A stretch of DNA of 64,000 bases from Monocercomonoides exilis PA203 (lineage: Eukaryota > Protista > Preaxostyla): assembly GCA_001643675.2 (NCBI GenBank), contig LSRY02000029.1, forward strand, positions 124,001 to 188,000. The letters run 5' to 3'. The notes under the pieces are model-generated. The model was not told where the DNA came from. It made no database searches and saw nothing but the letters and a program-made list of their open reading frames with translations. A program made the position numbers and the translations under genes. Below, one piece after another: positions 48,473-59,623 of the stretch (position 1 is the first letter of the stretch; each line of letters begins with the position of its first letter).

Positions 48473-51400
48473 TTAACACTTCTTGTAGAATAAAATATAT
48501 GCTTGTTCAACTGGAACTTCCTTTGCAAGATTGACTGCTTCATCGTTATAGACAACCCAGTGCCCAGGTATTTTTGAAATCTTTTGATCCTCTGTCTGAA
48601 TCTCCTCATCGTGTCTGATAAAGCATATGTAATGTCCCGAATGAACGCTAAGCCCTCTGTGATTGATGAAGGCAGTAAGACGATAAACAGCAGGCTTTTT
48701 GTCCACTTCATTTGCGATCTCCACAAAATCATCGCAAAGTTTCTCCGACGGGACAACCGCAGCAGCTGTGGAAATGCTCGCTGAGCTGCCAGAAGCAGAA
48801 GGGTCTGACAGATCATCCAAAGATCCCGTTGCAACCTCTTCTTCCCTTTCGCTCGCGTCCAAATTGGCCAGAATCCAAGCAATGCCTTCTTCGATATCGT
48901 CTCCTTTCACCTTCACCGCATTCACTGCCTGTGTGTGCGAGAAGCCCATCGACATGATCGTAGCCACGCTCTCTTGCGATATCGGCACTGCTCCTCCCTT
49001 TGCAGCTCCCGCATTCGCCTCCTTCTTTCCCGCAGTATCATCTGACAGTGGCATATCCAGCATCGGGTTGTCCAGCGAGCTCATAATCCATTCCAGCGCC
49101 TCGTCGAGTGTGTGCTTGCCATCGCGGAATGCTCGCCTTGACCGCTCCTTTGTGAACCCCATCTGCGTCAGCTGCTCCACCAGCGACTCTTCCAACACTT
49201 GCAGCTCTGCCGCCGACGGCTGCATCGATGCAGCACCGCTTCCAGATGCAACTGTAGCTCCGCTTGATGAACTTGCAAGAATGCCCCTGCTGTCTTTCTC
49301 AACAGTCATCTCACCCGCTTTGATTTTCTGTTGCGCCACTTCTTTGTCCTGTGCTGAGGTCACAAACGGCGTCAGATCCAGCCCATCCACAATCGTGTCC
49401 ACTTCCACATCCAACTTGCGCGGAGTCCAGTTGTGCAGCACAGTTCTGTTCACCCGCACAATCAGCGTCTCCGGCGTCGTCTCCAAAGAGACTGTGGAGA
49501 TTGCGCCTTTGTGCTTGCACACGGGACACTCCACTTCCATCACCTCTGGCTGGAAGCTGTCTGTCAGACACTTCACAAGGTTGCGCTTCGGAATCTTCGC
49601 TGCCAGCGCCTCTTCTTCCGCCCTGCTCTCCGCTTCCCGCTTCAGTCGTTCCACTCTCTCTGCCTCTTTCTGCTCTGCCTCTTTCTTCAGCTCTTCCTCT
49701 GCCACTGCAGGATCTGTAGCGACAATACTACCAGACTCAGTTGATTCAGCCGCCATCTTCTTTTTCAGCTCTTCTGCCTCTTTCTTCTGTTCTTCTTCTT
49801 TCAACCGCTGTTTCCTTTCCTCTGCCTCTTTGTCCCTTTTGATTTGGATGGCCACAGCAGCTTCTGTCTCTTCGTCGCTGAGGTTCAGATGTGCTGTCAA
49901 TTCGATGCTGTCAGAGAGAATGTGGCGCTTGTGATGACAGTTCAGACACTGAAATTTGATAAGTTAAATCGATCAAATAAGTGGAGGGTGTGTTATTTGT
50001 ATGTGATTCATTCATGTGTTTTAAGTGAAAAATGAAGTAAAATACATTTTTAATAAAGAATTTAGATGATTTTGGATAATTAAAGAAATAAAAGAACTTT
50101 ATAATTTTATCAAATGAAACTCAAACCTCAAAAGTGCGACGAGTCTTGAACCCGAACAGAAGAGTAGGATCAGTTTGACTTGGAGGCACTTCATTCGAAT
50201 TTGTCTCCGACGAAGATTGTTCAGATGATGAAGACGATGATGTTGATGGAGTTGAAGAAGAAGAAGAAGAAGAAGAAGAAGAAGAAGAAGACGAAGCTGC
50301 TTCCTCTTTCTTCTTCTCGTTTGCATTCAACATCGCCCGCAGTTGAGACAGTTGTTCTTCTTCTCTGCGAAGTGCGTCGAGGAAGAAGATCAAGAAATCG
50401 AATGCATCTTGTTGTTCTGTCGTTGAGAAGTCTGGATGGCTCGCACAGAATACAGACTTGAACATCTTCGGAGAAACGGAGAAAATCGAGTCTTCTTCAT
50501 CATCGTCATCATCAGCTTCATCCTTTGTGTGGTCTCCCATTTCATCTCCACTCGCATTCTCCTTCCCTCCTTCCTTTTTCTCCTCTGCATTCACTGCATG
50601 TGTCAGCTTTGCGTATTCCTCAATCATTTTGTCGTTTTTCCTCTTTTCTCTCTCTTCAGCCTCTGCTCTTGCTGCAATTCCCAGTGTGGCTGCGCTGTCA
50701 ATCGAAGGCACCTCATCGCTCTCCTCCAACACGCCTTCCCTCGGCCTTGCCTTCAGAATGCGCTTTCTCTTCTTCCCTTTCATCTCCTCCTCAATCTCAC
50801 TCTCCCTCGATTTCTCAGCCAGTTTCCCATACAACCCCAGCCCCAGCTTCATCAGCTGGCACATGCGGCAGGCTGGTGGAAGTAACCCGCACAACTCAAA
50901 GTGCTCAGCAGCCGTGTGCAAATAGCGCTTTCTGAAGAGCGGATGGCCGAACAGCGTCTGCAGCACGCTGTTCATATAGCACGTGTTGCCCAGGTTAGTC
51001 AGCCCGACAAAGCCAGGGCCCATCAGAGGCACCAGCTCTGAGCCGCCTTCGAAGGACGAGCCGAAGCGCAGGTTGAGACTCTGCTGGATGGCCATTTCGG
51101 AGAGAGTGGATTCGGTCTTTGCTCGTTTGGAGAGGTCCATCCCGAGTGCAGTCAGGTGAGATGGGAGATCGGCATCGAAGACGATCTGGTCGCAGACGTA
51201 GCAGTTCAGATCTGGGAAGATAGAAAAGAGGAGAGTAGGTTGAAATTGTTTTTTTGGAAGAGAGAGGGAAGAAAGGTTGGAATTAAAAATTAATCAATTT
51301 TGACACATAAAAGATTTTTAAAAATATATATTTAAAAAGAAGAAAAGAAATTGAAAAGTGTAAAAAAATATTTATTTTTATTTATAAAGATAATAAATAA

Positions 51401-52377
51401 ATATCTGCAAAAATAAGTTTTCTCATATTTCTTCTATTTAATTGTTCAGTTCATTTAGTCTGCTATTTCACACCTCCCATTCCGTCCTTTGTGATGGTTC
51501 CCAATTTAACAGAAAGTGGATGTCCTGTTGCTTTGAAGTGCAAATACCCGTGGTCATTTCCACCTGTTCCATCATAGTTTTTCCGCCCGCAACCCAAATG
51601 CCCGCATGTCAGGCACATCCACAAATTTGTATCAAGAGGGCATTTGGAGCAAATCGGTTTTACTAATTAACAACACGATACAAAAGCACATACAAATATT
51701 TTTAAAAAATGTTTTGTTTTCAATAGAAATAATTATTAACTGTGCAATCAAACTTTCTTTGTTCAAGAATGGCACCTCTCCAGAAGGTTTGAAAGACGTT
51801 GTGTGCTTGCAGGGAGAAGCCTTTGCTTCCCAAGCAAACATATCTTCAACTTGCGCTGCACTTCGAGACTCTACAACGAGCGCAGTCAAATTTTCTAAGA
51901 CCTGTGTAACATTTTAAGATACATACAAACTGAATTCAAAATTAAAATTTTCCATACAGGATATTCCTTTGGATCAATTTCAAACGAATCCATCTGACAA
52001 ACGTCAGCGCATCCAATGCATTGAATTGATGTTAGAAGATCATATTTTAATTTTCTTCCCAAATCAAGTCCTCCAGCAGCATTTATTCCAGTTTTGATTG
52101 GAATTTCTTCTCCGGAGTCATTTTTCACAGCTGCCATTCCTTCTTCTCTTTTCTCTTTTTTAACATTTTTCAAGCGGGTGAATATTGAATGTTGAGTTTT
52201 TTTGAAGTGGAGACGAGCATGCTCATGGCAAAATCCGACAAAACATGTCAAGCAGACAAACAACCCATCGGACGTATAAGGGGTTGCAAAGCAATAAGCG
52301 CATTCATCTTTATACATTTTAATATTATCTCGAGGTGCATTAACAACCCCAGCAATGTGTGGACACTCTCCGTCCAT
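48473..52377 (-). CDS. USP5: Ubiquitin-specific protease USP5/USP13/Ubp14 (isopeptidase T)
   Basis: N-terminal YKDECAYCF zinc finger; ZnF-UBP NLWMCLTCGHLGCGRKNYDGTGGNDH; Cys box GLTNLGNTCYMNSVLQ; QQDAFDF; two UBA domains (QMGF, SMGF); His box HRGLSVHSGHY...YNDE. Confidence 0.93.
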
Positions 52378-52515
52378 TTTAATTTTTTTATGAAGGGTTC
52401 ATTTTGTTTGTGTGTTTTTTGAATTGAAGTTATTTATGTCTTCAAATGCATCATAATGTTTTATTGATGAATATTTTCTCAATTTTCAGAAAATTGATCC
52501 ATCCACAATTATTAA

Positions 52516-54201
52516 ATGTTGTCAAATGAAGATTTTAGACGTTTTCTTGCACAACGACCGTTAGAAACGCCAAACATTAAGCAGGAATTTAATAACAATA
52601 CGAATGTAACAAGTGAAAAAAGGTAATGCTTCTTTTTAATGTTTTATTCATTTGTTAAATTCATTTTTATTTTATTTTTAAATTCTGAAATACTAACAAA
52701 CTTTTAGATCTAAAAGACATTTTTATCATAAAAAAGATGATATGGACGATATTGATGATGAAATACAGAATTTAAAACAATTTAATGACCGTGCAAATCA
52801 GCGACGATTATTTGAAAATAGAAATATTTCTGCTCAAGAAGCTCAATTAATTCAATGGGAGAAAACGATTGAAGACATTAAAAATTCTGGAATGCCGTAT
52901 GCTTTTACAGAAGTATTAAATTTGCTAAAAAGATTTTCTTGCTATCAAAACACTTTTTGCTATTTAGTGAGCATATGGTTAAAAAAGCTCTTGAAGAAAC
53001 ATTGAAACAGATTAAGTATACAACAAAAGAATTAGATGAAGACAATGATATGGATAAGACACCTCCTCTTTCATCAGCGCGTCAAAAATTTAATTCAGAT
53101 ATAATTGATAAAACACCTCCACTCGCACGAAAAGAAGTCAAAGAACATAATCAGCGAGAATCATTGCTTGAAGATTCACAGATGAAAAGGAGCAACAAAA
53201 GCATAGCCCAAGATGATGCTTTGCCTGCACAGAAAGAAGAGAAAATTCGTTCTTTAGAAGAGGAGACAATTGTTTTGAAACCATTTCCTTTTATGGATGA
53301 GTTTGTTTCGATTATGAAAAAGCATAGAAAAGAACTTTTGCTTCTTGGTATGCCTCCGAATACTGAAAAAGAATTACCAAAAAGTTATGAGAAAGATCTT
53401 ACAACGACACCTCCATTGACACAGCATCAGTTAGAAAAATCTGGAAAAGAGAAAGAAGATTTACAACCAAAGCAAGATGATAATGATGATGATTTTGATA
53501 TGTTTTCAAGTGATATCGATGAGAAGCTAACGGCAGCTGCAAAAGTTTCAATGGAGCAGGCTTCGATTGCATCAAAGACATTACAACAGAAAGAGGAAAG
53601 CGGATTTGATGGCAGAAGTGTGCTGAGAAGTGACTCAATTGAATCACAAAGCATGTCACCAGATTCAGATTTACCGCGAGCTGTGCTGCGTCCGGTGAAG
53701 GCTCGCCCCAAAACCGAAGCCGAAACTGAAGAAGAGCAGAAGCGGCGGATGCGGAGGGAGATGATGGAGATGAAGCGTCTTTCGTATTTAAGCACAGCTA
53801 ATGCACATGATGGAGATTCAGTTGATTTTGACACAGATGGACTGGGTGTTGACTTTGTAGATGAACAGATGCTCCACATGCAGGAGCAGCAGTTGCGCGT
53901 TAAGAGGAAAAACACTTATGATGATGTGAAGGCAAGTGAGAAGTTGGGGGATAAAGATGAGGAGAAAAGGAAGATGAAGAAAAATCAAATGAAATCTAGT
54001 GATAAATATTTAGATCAGGAAATGGTGAAAATTAAGAAGGTTTGTCGTTCGACTATAGTAATATCATTTTCTGTATTTTCGTTTTCCTCTTCTCTTTTTT
54101 CTTTCTTTCTTTCTTTCTTTCTTTCTTTTCAGGTGTGGGAACAGAAAAATGGAAAAAGCAGTCTTTCTTCAATTGAACAATCTGAAAAGAAGGGATTTTG
54201 A
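52516..54201 (+). CDS. IK: Divergent RED/IK spliceosomal B-complex protein
   Basis: MLSNEDFRRFL (RED-like start), FNDRANQRR (cf. YRDRAxERR), DDDFDMFSSD, C-terminal LDQEMVKIKKVWEQK; introns near 52623-52708, 52912-52967 and 54040-54132. Confidence 0.62.
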
Positions 54202-54461
54202 ATTTATCAGAAGAATCTTTTCTTTGAAACTGTTCTTTTTTATTTTGAATTATAAAAATAAATTGTTTGTCTTTTAAAAAATTAATAAATAAATAAAAAT
54301 GTTTCATTGGAATAACTTGGCAAGATTAACATACCAACATATCCTTTTTTCAACAAAAGGCGTTTCCAAAGCCGAAAATCACTCAAAAACAATGAATCTC
54401 AACATAAATGCCTTTAATATTTTTTAAAAAAACACACGCAACTCCCTTTTCAATATGATTC

Positions 54462-57400
54462 TCATCCTTCTCCACTTTTGCGCTGTGCTTCCATCAGCTG
54501 CTCAAACTCAAAGCTTTTTTCAGCAGCTCTCTTGACAATGTTGTCACTTATACCAGCAAGCCTAGCCACATTCAACCCGAACGAGCGGTCTGCAATTCCC
54601 GGAACAGCACGGTAGAGAAACACGATTTTTGTGGGATCCTCTGAATCTTGTATGTAATCCATGTGACAACAATCAACGCTGCAATGTGTTGTTTGCTCTT
54701 TGGCATTATTTTCTGAATCTGAAGTCTTCTTTTCATTGTTTGCTTTAAGAAGCGCTAATGCTGTGCTTTCATTTCCCAGGCCATCATTTTGTAACAGCCT
54801 GTAAATAACAGGGAAATGTGTGACAAACAAGCAGATTGATCTCAACGAGGTCAAAATGTGATGCAGCGAAGCATAAGCAATCGCTGTTCCATCATGTGTT
54901 GCAGTTCCTCTTCCAAGCTGTTAATTGAGTTTCATTGTTGTTATAAAGGCAATTTTTCAAAAAGAGTGAAAATTTCAAATTCGTCCAATCAAAAATCAAA
55001 CACGTCAAATAAAGTAACGAGTCATAAAATCACAAACCTCATCAAGAATAACCAATGATCTGTCAGTTGCATTGTCCAATATAAACGAAGTCTCTTCCAT
55101 TTCAGTCATAAACGTGCTTCTCAGCTTGACTCTCATCCCTGCGCCTCTTCTTTTCCCTCTTCCAGAGTCAACAATCCCACTAAACATCAAATGACTGTTC
55201 TTCACATCATCAGAATTGCTGTCAAAATCGCTTTCGCTGCTGCCCATTCGCGTGTACACGCCATCAAACGGAGTCAATCGCATCTTCTTTGCAGGCACAT
55301 AGCATCCCATGTGCGCTAGCAACACCAGCAGCCCGATCTGCTTCACAAACACAGATTTCCCGCCTGCATTCGGCCCAGTCACGATCAATGAAGAAGGAGG
55401 AGACTGAGTTAGTGAATCGTCTTCCATCTCATCTGAAGGCAAGTTTGGAGAAGAAGATAGAAGTACGCTGTTGGGGATGCAAGGCTGAGAGGGATTCAGA
55501 CAGTCAAGCACAGGATGCTTGCCATCCACAATCTCAACCTACAAATGGAATTAACGTGTATGGAAAAATCAAATTATTAAATAAAAATTTTGGAGAAAAT
55601 ATCAAAATAAGAAGAATGTTTAAAAGAGAGAGAAAATGAAGCACACCAAAGCACCACCAATCTCCTCAAACTCGACGAACTGTGGCCGAACATATCCATT
55701 TTCACCGCCTTCAAACGAAGAAGCACCGCTTGTGAGTGCCACTGAGCTCAATGAGAGTAAGCAGTCAAGTGAAGCAGTTGCAGTGATGATTCGGCTGATC
55801 ATCGAAAGGATCGTCTTCACACTCTCGTCCCTTTCCAGACAATATCTCCACTCTTTCCTGCCTTCAATCTCAATCCGCTCGTCAATTTCAGCCATCGCGT
55901 CACGTTTCGCTTCAATGGCAGCTGTGGTGAAGCGCGCAATCTGCTTCGTGGATGACTGGAGAGTGAAAGTATCAGGCATCTGCTTGATGTACTGTGTGGG
56001 TACACAGATGTAGTAGTCAAATCCCATCCATTTCCCATACGAAATCGGGCGAACTGTGGTCAGTTCAGACGCCTCGTCCAAATAATCGTCAAACTCCTTT
56101 TTGATCCGCTCGCGCGTTTCTCGCAATTTGTCGATAGTCTCATTGAACGTTGGCAAAAACAAGTCTGAAAAATCGTTTTTGTCAGCTGCTTCGAACGAAA
56201 TCGAAGAAAGATGCTTGCTTATCAGTGAAACCAAGTCCAGAGATGGAAGTGCATTCAGCAACGTGTTCAAGAGAGAAGACGAGAAATACTCCGTACGACT
56301 ATTCTGTGTCCCCACAAGCTCTGCATCAAACGGCTCCTGGCTCATCTGCACGGAGCCTTCAGTTGCCATCAGCTCTGCCCGTCTTCCTCTCCTCCACCGC
56401 TCCACATCCTCCACAAACGCCTGCACCGCACTCAGCCCTTTCACCCACTCGCGCGGCCGGATGCGCCCGAAATGCGCAGACACTGACATCTTCTCCAGGT
56501 CTGGGAGTGACAGCAAAAGAGAAGAGAAGAATGAGCCAAAGGAGCTGATTGATTGGGAGTCAGAGACTGTTGCAGTGATCAGCTCTTCGACAGCGTCCTG
56601 CCGCTCGCGTATTTCGTCAATTGTGCCCAGTGGACGCAAAAGCCACTGGCGAAGAAGACGAGCTGTTTGTTAGGTGAAAGGTGGGAATATAAATAAATAG
56701 GAATAGAAGAATATTTGAATGAATGAAGTAATTATAATGGAGAAAGAATAAATTGAGTTCAAATAATTCTTTTTCGAATGTAAAAATAGGCTCAAACCTC
56801 CGAATGTAGTTGAAGTTCTGTTTATCAGCCAGAACAAGCTGCCAACATCTCCGTCGTTTCTTTTCCTTTCCTTTCTCTTTGAGTCCTTCTCGCTTTTTTC
56901 CAAAGGCCTTTCAGAAATGCTTCTAATTTGCGAAGGAATAAGAAGCGCATCATCACTTTCCTCTTTCTCTCCTTCGAAATTATCAACATTCAGCTGAGAA
57001 ACACTGCGAATAGCTGCTTGGCTCTGCGACGAGGATGGCTGTGTTCGCTTTCTGATTGACGTGTCCATCTGAAGCGAAGCAAACGACGCCACGTTTGTCG
57101 GCACAGACAGAGTCGAAGGGCGCAGCAGCTCCAAATTGCGGATGGTGTTTGATGGCAAATAAAGTTCCTTCTTCCGCTTGAAGAGAGGCGAGACTGTGAA
57201 AGAGCCGAATGTGAATGACTGCTCTGAGAGAGACTGGAAGGTGGGCACAGGATCAGCGGGGGATATCTGAAACTGCTGGAGATAAAACAGAAGAGCTCCA
57301 CACGCTGCAGCTATGGTTGGATCAAGCGACATCATTTTTTGTATTTCTTTTTCATTTTTGCACTCAATTTCTTTTGATTTTGTTTCTTCTGTGGATTTGT

Positions 57401-57615
57401 TTGATTCTTCTCCTTGCGACAGAGCTAATTGCAGTTGTGAAATCACTGCCTTCTTTGTAAACACATCTTGTGGAAGCTCTTCAATGCGATACGCTGGAAA
57501 AGGCGGGTTCTTAAAGCTCTTCTCATCAAAAGAACACGAAGTTTGCTTGCGCTTTGCTTTCGATTTTGTATTTTTAGAGCTTTTAGAAAACAAGTTTTCA
57601 TCATCGTCATCTGCT

Positions 57616-57646
<31 letters not shown>

Positions 57647-59540
57647 GTTCTTCTTCTTTACCCTTTTTGTCATTCTCTTCATTGTCAAACACGAAATCGC
57701 AGTCTGCACCTCGTTCGCACCGCCCCATCACTTCGAGTGCTTTCATCGTCTCTTCAGTCGTTTGCCGCGACGGAAGCAGAACTTCAGAAGGAAACAGATG
57801 AAGCAGCCGGGTTTCCAGCTCTCCGCGTATAAATGAGTCTTCAAACACATCGTAGTAAATTGTCAGTGATGCTTTTTTAATTATTAATAAAAAAATAAAA
57901 GAAAGAAAGAAAGAAAATTTTAAAATGTGTCCAAAATTCAATGATTTTTTATCAAATACATACCTAAATCAAGTGCAACCATCCCTATCGTCAAAGACAA
58001 AGGCGCGTTCTCTTGAACCCCTTCATCCTCTTCATCGTCCAATTTCAGTTTTCTTTCATTGACAATCGACTTCGGTTCGTCCTTTGTGAACAGCCCTGCT
58101 GCTCCACCAGGCCTCCCTTTCCAGTCTTCAACAAGCGCCACAATCATTCCGTTGTCGTTCTGTGAGCGATATGTTTCGTGATAGCGCTTAAACCGCTCTG
58201 CTTCTTTTTTGTCCTGCGCATCGTCATTCGCTTGCCTGGAATCTGAGCCGTCTTTCGCGTCGTCGTTTTCTGTGGTTTTGGTTTCGGAGGCGTTTTCGTT
58301 CTCGTTTTCCTTTTCGTCGTCGTCTTTCTCATTCATCTCATCTTGTGACATTTCATAGTCGTCCATCTTCTTTTCCATCTCGCTGAATCCGCTTCCAAAT
58401 GCTGTCCCTTTCGAATATACAGACTGCAGCTTTCTCTCAAAAATGGTGTTTTTTGTTTCCTTTGTTGCCTTTTTGATAAAAGTAGATTCTGTTTGTGCCA
58501 CAACGCCAACTTTGTAGCCAGCAGAAATCAAACGGCGAATGTGATAGTACAGTCGAAATGTGGGTATAGAAGATGTCAGCATATGTCTGCTGACACCGCA
58601 CCAAATTCCTAGAATGTTATGTGCAATAAACGAATCAACACCAAAAAAGCGATATTTGTATCCACATTCAATTGCAAGAACAATATGAGGTGGACAAAAC
58701 AACGGATATGGTTGTGAACGAGAAGATTTTGTTGATGAAGATGGAGCTGTTTGTGAAACATAAGAAGATGTTCTGAAAAGTGGAGGTGGAAGTTTCTGAA
58801 TTCCAGCATTTGGCAAAGGAGAATCAGTTCCGTAAAATGAAGTTGACTGAAGTGAAGTTTCCCGAAATCCATGATTTATCTGAGTGTGAATATACAGCAC
58901 TTGCTGTTCCAGAGGAGTTAACTTTTCTCCCGCCTTCGGTGGGTAAAAAAACACTTTTTGAGGCGCTCTTAAAGATTGGGGTTTTGGAGATAATATTTTT
59001 TTGGTTTTCTTGCTCCCACTATCAGATTGCAAAATTGGCTGTGAAGCACGAGAAAGAGCTTCAGGGGTAAGATGAGAGTGCTGAGTTAATAAACCAGTTT
59101 CTTTCACTGTTTGTTCATTTTCCTTTGTGGGAGCAAGAAATCTGCTTAAGCTTAAATCCTGATTTTCTTCAATAAGAGGAGATGAAATTGAGGAATTTTG
59201 TTTTTCTTCGTTTGATTCTACATAATCTTGATCTTCATTCAACTTTTCTTTATCTATTTGATTTTGCTTTTGCTTTTTTTGAATTATGCCATTTTTATCA
59301 TTTTTAATAGTTTTCTCATCATCTTGTAATATGTCTTTTTTCTTAAATTTTTTTTCTATTTCTTGAAATGAAGGTGATGGAACAGAAGGTGGAGGAGTTT
59401 TCCTTTGTGTATTGTTTTCAACCTAATTTCAAGGTATAAAAATTATTAAAAATATTAGAAAAGATTAACACTCAAATTCAAACCAGTTTTTGACAATTTA
59501 ATGGCTTAAAAAAACTGCTAAGATTCAATTGTCTTGACAT
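54462..59540 (-). CDS. MSH3: DNA mismatch repair protein MSH3 (multi-exon)
   Basis: N-terminal PIP box QLNLSSFF; LTPLEQQ, IECGYKYRFFG.D, SIPTFRLYYHIRRLISAGYKVGVVAQTE (MSH3-type domain I); TGPNAGGKS, STFMTEM, LVILDE|LGRGT, LFVTHF, SFGLNVARLAG. Confidence 0.93.
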
Positions 59541-59623
59541 AAAAAAAATTAAATAGAAAAAGTAAAAGAATGGCAGAAGATCTTGGATATTTTTTGAAAA
59601 AATCATCTAATTTATAATTCCAG

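Noticed and set aside
48699-49934. 411-aa plus-strand ORF
   Set aside because: Antisense shadow of the last USP5 exon; no independent motifs.
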